64,000 bases of DNA, filler included, from Aduncisulcus paluster (GCA_024181965.1; 12 parts of 12 records of this genome joined end to end with filler, not necessarily neighbours in it), one strand, 5' to 3'. Shown: positions 1-11,941, counted from the first letter of the whole stretch. The notes: generated by a model not told the origin, from the sequence alone. Program-made: numbers and translations.

Positions 1-2
1 CC

Positions 3-491
3 AACAACGGATGTGATGGAGGTAACCTTGACCTCGTCTGGGCTTTCATGAAGAACACTGGTATCGTCTCTGACGAATGCTTCCCTTACGCCGATGTCAC
101 CTACACTTCTGGTACCGAGCTTCCTTGCCCCACTGCCTGTGATGATGGTTCTGCTTTGTCCTACTACAAGGCTTCCAACTTCTACAACGTTGACTCTAAC
201 GAGACTTCCATCGCCACCGAGATCATGAACAACGGTCCCGTTGAGGCTGCCTTCAACGTCTACCAAGACTTCTACTCCTACACCAGTGGTATCTACGAGC
301 ACACCTGGGGTTGGTACATGGGAGGTCACGCCATCAAGATTGTTGGTTGGGGTATTGAGAGCACCACCAAGTACTGGACTGTTGCCAACTCTTGGGGAGC
401 TGACTGGGGAGAAGATGGTTTCTTCCGTATCGTCAAGGGTGACAACGAGTGTGGTATTGAATCCAACGTCGTTGCTGGTCTCTGTGCTTAA
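3..491 (+). CDS. Cathepsin B-like papain-family (C1A) cysteine protease, 5'-partial
   Basis: Frame is open from the window edge (NNGCDGG...). Motifs: GCDGG, NGPVEAAF, YTSGIYEH, catalytic His in GGHAIKIVGWG, catalytic Asn in VANSWG, WGEDGFFRI, NECGIES. Ends at TAA. Confidence 0.95.
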   Translation, partial: NNGCDGGNLDLVWAFMKNTGIVSDECFPYADVTYTSGTELPCPTACDDGSALSYYKASNFYNVDSNETSIATEIMNNGPVEAAFNVYQDFYSYTSGIYEHTWGWYMGGHAIKIVGWGIESTTKYWTVANSWGADWGEDGFFRIVKGDNECGIESNVVAGLCA

Positions 492-743
492 ACATTTTGA
501 CTAACACGCTTTGCACACAACTTTAATCCACTGCCGATTAAATTGGATGAAGGAGTTCATTTACTGAGCTGCTTATCCCTTTAATAAATGCACTCACTAT
601 CTCTTTATTTTCCTTGTCTCCTGGCCCATTTTGCTGTAATAGTGTCGTATTGCCCTGTTCTTGAATTGTTTTACTAAACCACTTTTACAAACGTGAAACT
701 ACAAATAAATTTATCACAAAGACGAATCATAAAAAGAAAATAG

Positions 744-1141
744 TTACTCTGTTTTCACTGTAAATTTCAGAAATTCTTTGAGAGAAATCAAACCATCTTT
801 ATCTTTGTCAGCAGATGCAATCATTTGCTTAACAAAAGGCATTGGGTATGATATCCCAAGTGCCTTAAGAGCTTGACTTACTTCATCAACATTCAGTTGA
901 CCATCTCCATTTTTGTCCCACCTAAAAGAGAAAAGTCATAAAAGGGGTAAGACATTCATTTCATTACATTAATTCAGTTATTATAAAATAACGTGCAAGA
1001 TAATTTTCAACAACATAAAAATAAGTGAAATAAGTAACATGTAAACTATCTGATAAATTACGCGAAATTGGAAATGACATACCTCTTAAAAGTAGAAGTT
1101 GCTTGCTCAAGAGTTAAATCGGGGATGATAGATCCGGACAT
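744..1141 (-). CDS. Small two-EF-hand calcium-binding protein (78 aa), 2 exons: 1141-1083 and 921-744
   Basis: Spliced translation: MSGSIIPDLTLEQATSTFKR/WDKNGDGQLNVDEVSQALKALGISYPMPFVKQMIASADKDKDGLISLKEFLKFTVKTE*. Two canonical EF loops (DKNGDGQLNVDE, DKDKDGLISLKE). The GT-AG intron preserves frame. Confidence 0.9.
922..1082 (-). other. Spliceosomal intron (161 nt, phase 2) in the EF-hand gene
   Basis: 5' GTATGT, AT-rich body, 3' TATGACTTTTCTCTTTTAG. Removal joins the ATG exon to the EF-hand exon in frame. Confidence 0.88.
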
Positions 1142-1606
1142 AATGTGGAATCGAAGAAAAAGAACAGATTTTCATTTTTTCAACTCGAAACCAGATCGGA
1201 TCTGATCACAGGTCGACACTGAGAATTTGCACTGATATCAATAAATAAAGCATTAAATACATTTTTAAGAGAAATCCAAAAATCATTTTATTTATCGGTG
1301 ATTCAACAATAAGAATAGAAGTATTTCATCTCCTCTGAACAAATCGCCTTCAACAGTAAGAATAATAAACCCAAGTTTTCTTCATTCACACATATTTCTT
1401 CATTCTTGCTNNNNNNNNNNNNNNNNNNNNAATTTGCACTGATATCAATAAATAAAGCATTAAATACATTTTTAAGAGAAATCCAAAAATCATTTTATTT
1501 ATCGGTGATTCAACAATAAGAATAGAAGTATTTCATCTCCTCTGAACAAATCGCCTTCAACAGTAAGAATAATAAACCCAAGTTTTCTTCATTCACACAT
1601 ATTTCT

Positions 1607-4600
1607 TCATTCTTGCTCTAACCTCTGAGCAAACCTCTTGATTTCATCGTCATCGATCATTCTGGATGTCGAAGAGCGTAAACGTGTTGGAGAAGTGGGA
1701 ATATAACCAGGAGATCTTCTACTAACACTGGGAGAAAGTCCAATGGGTGAGCCAGCCTTGGGAGACAAAGAACGTCTGAGAGACATGTTCTCTTGCTCAA
1801 CATCAAATTTTTCTTCAACCAGCTGTTCGATTGTGCGATCTTTGTCATCCCCACTCCTCAAGAGATCTTTAACAATGCAAACGGCGTCGGCTTTCTCAGT
1901 CTGAAGCCGGTGGACGTCTCTTCTTGACTGGTCAAGTTGTGTTGTCGTGCTGGAATGTTCAGCACTAAGTCTTGATGTCTTGCTTTCAAGGTCATAAATC
2001 CGTTGTCTAAGACGCTCCCTTTCTTCGACATCGACGGAATGACGAACATCGTACTTCTTGACACGATCGGAAAGAGAACGGCACCTTTCTTCAAGACGAA
2101 TAACCTCATGTGAATGGTGCTCCATGACACGAGCACGCTCCTCAAACTCAGCGCAACGTTCTTTCTCTTCTTTGACAAGGTTTTCACAGACACCAAGTTT
2201 GCTCTCAAGAACAACCTTGTCATCTTCAAGAACCTGAAGCTGACTGTCAAGATATTTCTTTCTATCACGTAATGAATCAAGAGAGGAAGATAAAACCTTA
2301 TTCTCCTCTTCAAGCTCGTTTCTACGACGGACAACTTGACGGTGAACATCACTAGCAATACGTTCTTCAACACGCATTTGAAGAACTGTTGATTTCTTCT
2401 GCCAGGCTGAAACCTCATCACGAAGACGCTCATTGTCATCCTCAAGCTTGGCAATTTGTCCGTTAAGTTTCTCAATGGTCACTGTATTCTCGTGAGTGGT
2501 GTTCAACAAGAATAGGCGTTCCTCTCTAGCTTCTTCGAGGTCACGAGATATTTTTAGAACACCGAGAGAACAAGTGTGAGAAAGATCCTCGACTTGTTGG
2601 ATGAGATTGTCTCCGCAAATGATCTTCTTTTGGATGAGATCGGGGCCGTAGAGCAAAGCAGAAGCTGATGTGGCTACAGCAGAAGAAGTGCCAGAAGAAG
2701 AAGAAGAGGCCAAATGAGCACTGTGATCAAGTTCTTCAGTTCCCATACATTTTTGGATAAACCGTTCTGACGCGATAATCTCTTGTTTAGCGTCAATTTC
2801 ATTGCCTGCGCGTCTGTCGTCGCACACAGAACCCATCGTATCAACAATACNNNNNNNNNNNNNNNNNNNNTCACTGTATTCTCGTGAGTGGTGTTCAACA
2901 AGAATAGGCGTTCCTCTCTAGCTTCTTCGAGGTCACGAGATATTTTTAGAACACCGAGAGAACAAGTGTGAGAAAGATCCTCGACTTGTCGGATGAGATT
3001 GTATACGCAAATGATCTTCTTTTGGATGAGATCGGGGCCGTAGAGCAAAGCAGAAGCTGATGTGGCTACAGCAGAAGAAGTGCCAGAAGAAGAAGAAGAG
3101 GCCAAATGAGCACTGTGATCAAGTTCTTCAGTTCCCATACATTTTTGGATAAACCTTTCTGACGCGATAATCTCTTGTTTAGCGTCAATTTCATTGCCTG
3201 CGCGTCTGTCGTCGCACACAGAACCCATCGTATCAACAATACTCTCAATGGATGGAATTCCAACCACTTCATCTTTATCCATCTCAACACGACGTCCGCA
3301 TATGGTCACACTCTCCGTGTTCATCTTGAATGGGGCACAGCGACGTTTGGAGGAAAGGATGGAAAGCATGAAAATGAAGAAACGGAGAGAAATGCGAATA
3401 ATATTCCTCATTTTTCTGGGACTCCATACTCGAAGACTGGCAGAACAGAGTTCGTCCTCACCATTGGGCTTTGATGAAGGGTGGAGACTGCCATCAGATT
3501 CAACTTCAACTTTCATGGCAGCGGAATCCTTCTTGACCTCAGATAGACCACCAACACAAACTTCTAGGGCCTGTTCAAGGACTTTGACACGAGAAGCGAG
3601 GAATGTCTTCATTTCCATGAGTTGAATAACACGTGTGGACAAGGGGTTGAGACGACGAACAAGCATATTCATACCAACACAACCGCAATCACGCTCACGT
3701 TCACATCCTTGCAAAACATCCTCCATTTTGTGGACCTCACTCTCAAGAGTGCTCATAAGATCAGAGTTCTCAGCAATCAATTCGCTGCATTGTTCTTTGT
3801 ACGGTTTGAGAGAGTCAACCTCACTTTGTAAGCTATCCTCTTTCTCTTCATGGAGTTTGATCTGATGCTCACAAGAAGCAATATGTGCTCTGGCTTCTTG
3901 ATGTTTTTTGTCAAGAGCCTCAAGCTCAACGCGAAGACGGGCCATATCAGCACATCTCTTCTCGGCTTCTTCCACACGATCGGCAATACGTTGAACCATG
4001 GCGAGTTTCCCTTCAAGATTCTCATATTTGGCTTCAAGTTCGGTGTAATCGGCCTGTTTCTCAGCGAGACGAGATCTAAGAATGGAATTCTGACTCCTCT
4101 CCTCTTCATAGGTCTTCTCCATCTGTTCAAAGGCACCTCTGAAGTGCATGAGGTCATTCTTAGTAGAAATCAACTCATTACTTTGTTCAAGGATCTTGCT
4201 TTCGAATCCGCTTTTCATTGTGAGCATATCTTCGGTTGTTTTGTTCAATTCTTTACGAAGATCTTGATTCTCTTTCTCACGGACTTTAAGAGCACGGGAA
4301 GTAGCATCGGCTCTAATCCTAAGTGTTTCCGCGGAGCTTAACTCCTTTTCACGTTCAATCTCAAGGCGGGCTTCGACTTCATACTCACGCTCTTTCTTCC
4401 TTTGTTCTGAAATCATAATACTTTCCTCAAGGGCTGCAGTAGTAGCAGGCAAATGATGCACAGAGTGAGAGGATGAAAGAATGCCTTCTAATTCAACATC
4501 ACGCATAGAATCCTTCTTGGGACTGAAATGATTTTTGTGAGTTGGGGAGAGGACTGTTGGATTTGGAGACGGCGACCTTGGACGAGTAGATTGTTGAGAT

Positions 4601-4890
4601 TGAGGGTTTTGATAAGAAGATCTGGTCGAAGAAACAAAGGATGGTCTAGAAGAGAAGGAAATCGATTTAGGCCTAGTTGAAGCACGGCACTTCGACAATG
4701 TTGGTCTTGAAGCAGATGGACCAGTAATTTTTTTAATTCTATCGAGTAATTTTGCCTGAACTTCCTTGTTTTCCCGGAGTTTTTGGGAATGAGCAAAACT
4801 GGATCTAGAAACTTGACTCTTGTCAGAAATCTGGCTTAAAGCAGACTTTTTCAAAGGATTTCCCTTATCATGAGAGAAATTTCTTTCCAT
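1607..4890 (-). CDS. Long coiled-coil protein (~960 aa after removing the gap overlap), function unknown, possibly cytoskeletal or basal-body
   Basis: ORFs 2674-4944 and 1607-2836 are one gene split by the N20 gap at 2851-2870; 2871-3242 duplicates 2479-2850. S/P/R-rich N-terminus and extended E/K/L/R heptad-like segments. Likely ATG at 4890 (MERNFSH). Confidence 0.75.
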
Positions 4891-5597
4891 TCTTGTTGTT
4901 ATTCTCGGAAAAAGAGCGACTTCGGTTAAAATTGTCGGAGCCAATGAATGGACTATTGAATGGAACCTCCAAACGACATCATTAATACGAAATAAAAATG
5001 AGATAAAATGATGAAATAAAAATAAAAATGTATCTTATGGAAAGGGATGTAATAAATATATTACAATATCCAATCAGATCCAACAATAGGATATGGACGG
5101 CAATAATGGAAGAAGAATGTATGTATCAGAGCTAAATTATTAATTTAAGTGTATTATAAATCAAAATTTACTAATTTTAATCCATATTATCGAACAATTG
5201 ACAAAGTCGTACTTGATTCACAAGTTGATCTTGTTGTTTCTTTAACCATATATTTAACGTAAAAGAATAAATTTGATCGGCCATATGATCATATAGATTC
5301 TCTAATATTAACAATTGGTATTTTTTATAATTAAAATTGTGATCAAGTGGATAGATTTTTTATTATTTTCCATTTCGCCCAGGCGACAATATTAACCGAA
5401 ACCGCTCAATCGCCGACATTTTTTTTACCGCATGAAATATTGGGAGTTAATATGAATTTTGATTTCTTTTCCCGCAATAATAAACTGTAGTTTTCGTATA
5501 TTGCTTATTTTATTCCCTTTCAATGGCCAAATCAACGAGTTAACGAAATTTGCCATTTTGCTCGAGAGAGAGTCTTTACAGCAGACATTATTCCAAA

Positions 5598-7296
5598 ATG
5601 GGTTATAGATTTGTTGTTGGAGATGAAAATGGGGTGATTAAAGGTATGTTCCTGTCATTATTTCCGTCAATTTCTTATAATCAGTATTATCTGTTGATCC
5701 TTATAATTTTATTATGAATGACAATGTCAATTTATTATTTTTAATGAAGTATTTTATGATAACCTTCGGAAAGAGAGGAAAGAAGCAGTATTCGAGATAC
5801 ATCTTGGAAAATTTAAAGAAGATGAATTTAAAGTGACATCATTGACATCATGTCCCTCTGATCCTTCTTATTTTACTGTTGGGAGTGCCAATGGTCGTTT
5901 AGTCACCTTCAAACTTCCACCAGAGCCTCAATCATTTCCTCCTTCCACTGCCCCACAAATCGTCTCCGATATTACTGTTGTTAGAGTGCTAAAGAGTATA
6001 AAAGATATAGATATTAAACGTAAAATTACGGAAGAAACGAATCAACGTGTTGAGCATGCCCGTAAACTACAGAAGCGGAAAGAACTAATTGAAAAAACAT
6101 CAATCAAGGAAAATTTCATTCGTAGCGTTGGTTGGATACATAGGGACACTTATCCATGTCTGTCATCGTGTCCTCAATCTCCCATAACCTCGCATCCACT
6201 CAGTCAATGGGCTCTTGTTGTTGTGACTTCTCAATTGCTCGTTACTACCTTCACTTTCCACCCTGATCATAATTCTGACGACATAATGGCCATTAAGATG
6301 TTTCCACGTGTTATCTCGGCCTTTCATTTATCCCTTTCACCTCACCACTGCCTGTCACTATCTTTTACATCTCCCATGTGTTCTAATGGTCTTCTTGTGA
6401 CTGGACATAGTATTCTCCCACGTTTATTCCGCGTACTTGACGGCAAAGAACTCTGGAGAGCTTATCCTCTGCCTCAGAGCGATTATGGTTCCGAACGTGG
6501 TGGCCGCTGGGAATGTGCTTGTACGGTTGTGAAACGAATGACTACCTCGAAAGAACTTGATAAATGGGAGAATAATGAGAGAATAATGACCAGAGAATTG
6601 CGCCAAATCAAGGAAAAAGGTTTAACAACGATGCCTGAGATTAAGCTTAGAAAAGCTATTGAAATGAACAGTTTTCTTGATGATTCCAAGATTTCTGCAT
6701 TAAAATTGAAAAAATCAACGTCAAACAAGATTGGAAAACGTCGTTCTTCATCCTCAGTTCATTCTTCATTAACGAAAGAGGAGGATCAAAAAGTCGATGA
6801 CAATTGCATCACAAAGGTTGTTACTCATGAAAAGGAAGAAGAAAGAGAAGAAAGAGAAGAAGAAGAAGTTGATATCGTCTCTTCCTCATCCTCAGCTCTC
6901 CTCCCCTCTCTCCTCCCCTCTCTCTCTCTTTCTTCTCTTTCTCGTGACAGTGTATTCTCTTCTTTCCCTATCTCCCATGTCTGTGCTGGACGAGATGAAA
7001 GTTTTGTCGATATATGGGAAGTGGACGAAAGAGTCGAGTTCTTAATTCGTGGATGGAAGCAAAAGGAAGAAGAAGAGAAGGTGCAAAAGGAAGAAGGAAA
7101 GGAAGGAAAGGAAGGAAAGGAAGAAGACGAGAAGTTGAAAGGAAAGAAGAAAGCTGTAAAACGTGGAAGTCTGCTATCCGCTGCATTGAAAATGAGAAAG
7201 AAAGGAAAGAAAGCACCCAAGAAAAAAATAGAGCAAGATAAGAAAGAGGATAAGAAAGAGGAAAAGAAAGAGGAGAAAGAGGAGAAAAGAACTAGA
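5598..7296 (+). CDS. Beta-propeller protein resembling WDR74/Nsa1 (60S biogenesis), 2 exons (5598-5643, 5750->7296), 3'-partial
   Basis: Spliced N-terminus MGYRFVVGDENGVIK/VFYDN resembles the WDR74/Nsa1 first strand (VxVGxExGxLK). Also FTVGSANGRLVTF and LLVTG...ELWRA. Long K/E-rich inserts. The family call is from memory of motifs. Confidence 0.6.
5644..5749 (+). other. Spliceosomal intron (106 nt, phase 1)
   Basis: GTATGT donor and AAG acceptor. Removal puts the upstream ATG exon in frame with ORF 5833-7296. Confidence 0.8.
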
Positions 7297-7396
7297 NNNN
7301 NNNNNNNNNNNNNNNNNNNNNNNNNNNNNNNNNNNNNNNNTTAATTAATTAANNNNNNNNNNNNNNNNNNNNNNNNNNNNNNNNNNNNNNNNNNNN
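7297..7396. other. Artificial contig linker N44-TTAATTAATTAA-N44 (first of 11)
   Basis: The same 100-nt spacer, with stops in all six frames, also occurs at 10502-10601, 13219-13318, 27686-27785, 30068-30167, 39455-39554, 41711-41810, 44471-44570, 47106-47205, 49294-49393 and 62899-62998. Confidence 0.98.
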
Positions 7397-7877
7397 CATT
7401 GGCATGTTCAGAGAAACAGATCCATGCAATTTTACCTCTTGCATCCGACACAATTACAAAAGCTCTCATTAAAGAATTTGAAATATTAAAGTTAGAAAAA
7501 ACAGATATTGGTGTTATTGTTTCTGATAGAAAACCATTGATGGAAGTTGTATGTTCGAATTTGATAAAAGATGGCTTTGGTCGAAAATGGATGCCTTGTC
7601 CCTCACATTTACTGAATTCAATCAAAAAAACTATACAGAGTATTACTTTGAGTCCATACCTGATATTTTAGATAACTTAAGCAAAATATTTCAACTGAAT
7701 CCAGAAAACAGGGCGTGGATAAAAGGAACAAAAATTGAATCAATCAAATACATGCCAATAAGATGGGAGAGTCTTTTGACTTTGAAAGAGAATGAGAAAG
7801 TATGCAAACATACAAATCGGAATCTGATCGTTGTAGGGAGTGCTGAATTTATTAGATTTCGAAAGATTTCACAGTAG
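7397..7877 (+). mobile_element. Decayed hAT-superfamily transposase fragment (catalytic core), frameshifted
   Basis: VIVSD...M...WMPCPSHLLN (second catalytic Asp plus CxxH). After a shift near the A7 run at 7624-7630 it continues with PIRWESL (RW motif). This motif order is typical of hAT/DUF659-type transposases. Confidence 0.6.
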
Positions 7878-9552
7878 AATGATTTTATAGCAAAAAATAT
7901 AGAAAGTGAAATTTCGTACTAATCAAAAAGTTTTAGGATAAGATTAATAAGATTCTATATTAGAAGGATAATAGATCTAATAGAATCTATAAATGTATAA
8001 ATTAAAATGATGATAACTTTGGCCAGGAAGACATTCTTTCTGACGTAGTCAATAGGCATCTCAAGTTCACCATATCACAGAGTGAACTAATGGAAGTCCT
8101 ATGAAGAACTAAGCGTTATATTGTATATATAGAAGGATTATAATTAAGGTAGCCTGAAAGAGCTTGGAAGCCAGAGTGCCAACTGGAAAACATTATGAAG
8201 GAGGTCGATAAATACAAGCCCTTCCATCGCGGCCAGAAACAAGCAGTTCTGAGTCCGATCGATTTAGTACTTATAAGAAATCGAGACGTTTTGAATGTCT
8301 ATAAAGTAGATACTGACCCTCGAATTCTTGGCACGATATTGACTCTCGACACTCCAAAAACGCCGGATAGGAGCATAAAGACATTGAAACAAAAAGGATT
8401 AAAGCATATTAAGGTAATTTTGAATGATAGAAGAAGCAAATTGATGCGAAGTTAATAGTTCAAAAGGATGGAGAGTGATTCATCATTGATGAAGATCATC
8501 CTAAATTTATTATAATATAGAGGAGTTATTCATGTTTTAAAGCATTTAATAACCTTTTATGAAGGAATTCATGGAGGAGACCATCAGTAATTGAGCCACA
8601 ATTTGGAAGTACTGATGAAAGAAGGAGACAAGAATTGTCATATGTCTTTTTGAGACTGAGGATTGTCATTCTAATAATAGTATTATCAACTAGTAGTTCA
8701 AGGTAGATGAAATGACAGATCAACAACGTGAAATCATCCTCTTCAGTCGAGTAGATTCATAGAATGAAACAACGAAGCCATAGAGGAGTGCACCCTCGGT
8801 GACCTTCGTTATGAATCGCTTGGGGGGGTAGAAAGGGAATTGGAGTTAGAGTTTCAGCTTCAGGCTCAAAAGATTCAAGTGAGATCGTGGCTACACGATA
8901 TTGGATCATTATCAAAGACCAGCTTATCAGTCTGAAGGCTAGCAGTTGAATCTCCAACATGATAACTGATCAAGAGCCAGAGAGAGTCTCTCTGTGTCTA
9001 AAGGATAAGGATCATGGATTCATAGATAAATGTGTTGTTTATAAAGAGAACATGTTCTGTTGATAGGATTCTAAGACTAAGAGTCACAAAGAGGAATTGT
9101 GTAAAAGTCTGTTCAAAATAGAGCCTAGAAACATTGATGGATGTTTAGGGTAAGTCGTCCGAGATGACTGGATAGTTGCTCGTAGTTTCAGGTTTGAAGT
9201 GAGTTATGACTTGAACAGAAAAGGTTTTATTAGTTTAAATGAAGGTCGGTTTTGGCTCTGGAGGGGAAGTGTTGTATCCTTGTATCGGTTCGAGCCGGCA
9301 ACCGCCCATCATAAGAGTAAATTGTGTCACCATAGCTGTATTCCCCCTGGGAATCTAAGACTGTTATGGTACCCAAGTGCCAGACTGTCGGAATACAATA
9401 AACAGGCTTTCCCGTGATTTTTTGACATGATTAAATTATTATAATAAATAATAATATAGTATTCCAATTATGTTTTATCAATTAATAAATAATTAGATTG
9501 TGTCATTTAAGATGACTTTACTTCGTAAATTGATCTTTTCAAAACTGATTGG

Positions 9553-10501
9553 TTGTATTGTCTAATGTTATCAATAGAATCTTTTATTAAATTAATTAAG
9601 TTAGGATTAGACTGGAAGACAAAGAATGTTAGAAACTGGAAGAAATATAGAGAGGAATTGGGAGATTCAAAACTTGACAAAATGACCATATTCAAAATTG
9701 TCGAGCAGGACTTGAAAACAAATATAATTCCGAATTATATTGAAGGAGAAAAAAACATTTCATGTAAACCGTGTAAATCCTTATTTAAGAGTAATGTCGA
9801 ATGTATCATTGCCCATATTATATCCAAAAGACATCATCAGACAGTTAAGGTAAACCGGTTGTATTTTTCGAGTTTTATCCCCTCAATTAAAAAAGAATTT
9901 AGAGAATTTGTTGTAAATCGGTCATCACTTTGCGGAATTCCTATATGTACGATTTGTGAGTTTCTAACTATCGAGATGCAAGAAAAAATTAGGGATCTTC
10001 CAAGCGTGGTTCCTCTTTGCAAAACAACATTATATTGTATTTCAAAAGAAGAAAGGTATAAATCCTTAATTAAGGCTCGAAAAGTTGCACTACGACCACC
10101 GTATTCATTGATTTTAGATAAGACTGTGTCCCACGATAAATCGGTTCTTTCTATTATTTTACATAATTGTTTTGGGACCTATGCGGTTGGTTATGTGAAT
10201 GTTGGCCAGCTAAAAGATGAATTATTTCTTAAAGTGTTACAAAATGAAATGAAAATTTCAATGGAATATGAAAATGATAAATTTGTTCCACCTAGGTATG
10301 GAGTTAGTTTCTCATCTACCTCAAAATACAAAAATAACGTTTTCTGCACTAGTCTCAAATTTAAAAGACTCATTAGGGTGGTCTCAAGATAGAATTAAGA
10401 GAATTCTTCCACCCCCTCATGAAACGTTATTTAAGAATTTCAAATTCTGGCAAATAAGTTATTTGCCGAGTTTAAAGAAATTGGTATTAATAATACCAAT
10501 G
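9553..10501 (+). mobile_element. Decayed hAT-like transposase N-terminal region (zinc finger plus first catalytic Asp)
   Basis: C2H2-type CKPC...HIISKRH finger, GIP motif and YSLILDKT (resembling xSIDETT), as in CGGBP-like/hAT transposases. AT-rich; the reading frame breaks near 10320-10392. Confidence 0.5.
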
Positions 10502-10601
10502 NNNNNNNNNNNNNNNNNNNNNNNNNNNNNNNNNNNNNNNNNNNNTTAATTAATTAANNNNNNNNNNNNNNNNNNNNNNNNNNNNNNNNNNNNNNNNNNN
10601 N

Positions 10602-11015
10602 CAGTAACAGGGTCAGAGACAGTGACAGTGTCAGAGACAGTGTCCGTAGCAGAGACAGTGACAGTGACAGTGACAGTAACAGGGTCAGAGACAGTGACAG
10701 TGTCAGAGACAGTGTCCGTAGCAGAGACAGTGACAGTGACAGTGACAGCGACAGACACAGTGACAGAGCCAGAGTCAGAGTTAGAGACAGTGTCCGTAGC
10801 AGCGACAGTGACAGTGACAGTGACAGTAACAGGGTCAGAGACAGTGACAGTGTCAGAGACAGTGTCCGTAGCAGAGACAGTGACAGTGACAGTGACAGCG
10901 ACAGACACAGTGACAGAGCCAGAGTCAGAGTTAGAGACAGTGTCCGTAGCAGCGACAGTGACAGGGTCAGAAACAGTGGCAGTGACAGATACAGTGATAG
11001 AGGTACAGTGACAGG
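10602..11015. repeat. GACAGT-based tandem repeat with a higher-order 150-bp unit
   Basis: 10674-10823 is repeated at about 10824-10960, and a 72-bp subunit lies at 10602-10673. All are built from GACAGT/GACAGA hexamers. The array runs off the contig end. Confidence 0.9.
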
Positions 11016-11910
11016 TATAAGACCGGTGGACGCCGTGCAACCGAGAACAACAGTGCCAGAAAGGGACGCAGAGCCCCTCAGAGAGAACGACAGGACAGAG
11101 ATACGTGCTATACACACCACAAACGCAGTGTTATACGCTACGCTTGTAACCCTTTTGATCAAGATACCCTTGTAGAACCGTGAGATATCGAAGATACTCC
11201 CGTAAAGTAAGAGGAGGATGTGGTAATGTCTCAGGATCTATAAATAGACACGTTCGGTGAACTGTCATATCAATAAATTGTAAATCGTTTATTATACGTA
11301 CTACCACAAGTTTTTGTGTTTTGGTTTTTACTTTGTTCTTTGCGCTTCGTTCATAGAAATAATAAATTTGCTCCACCATTGGTTATAAATTTATAATAAG
11401 GCCACAGTTGAATTTATTTGAAAATTGCATTCAAAAAAATGGAAACCTATGGTTTTCAATTCAAATTTACTGCAGGATTCTCTAGGTGAGATCTCTGAGT
11501 TTCAGAGTCATGACTCATGACATGATCTCAGTGAGATAAAAATAATTAGAAATTCTTATGATTAGAAGAATATAACGAAGTAGAGAACTGGATCAAAAAC
11601 AGCAATAATGTTTTTAAAATAATACGGCATTTGTATAATACTTAATACTACCAATTCTGACAGAATTATCAGAATCCATACATATTTGTTTTATATATTA
11701 ACAAAATAAAAGAAATATAAAAGAAAATCGACACAATAGAACAAAACAAACAATGTATGGTATATTAACGAGATAGATAGGAATATTAATTACGAATTAA
11801 AATCATAGTCACAGTACAATACTGTATAGAAATAGATTTAACGAACAAAACAATATGAAAAATAAACAAAACCATTTCATAACGATATTAGAACATCAAA
11901 ATAGCAGTCT

Positions 11911-11941
<31 letters not shown>

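Noticed and set aside
1224-1617. 187-bp direct repeat around an N20 gap (similar at 15300-15649, 19216-19839, 20988-21633, 35079-35696, 60635-60865)
   Set aside because: These are unmerged contig overlaps at scaffold gaps, not biological tandem duplications or programmed frameshifts.
7341-7352. Recurrent TTAATTAATTAA palindrome flanked by Ns, resembling a regularly spaced repeat
   Set aside because: It is an artificial six-frame-stop linker. ORF ends such as 'LIN' and any gene neighbourhood across linkers are meaningless.
10602-11015. CRISPR-like or telomeric array
   Set aside because: No unique spacers, no cas genes in this eukaryotic context, and not a G-rich telomere-type unit.
11131-11133. 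In-frame TAA suggesting TAA/TAG=Gln recoding as in hexamitid diplomonads
   Set aside because: Conserved genes here (cathepsin, EF-hand, eIF5B) end at TAA, and multi-kb ORFs contain no internal TAA/TAG. The standard code fits.
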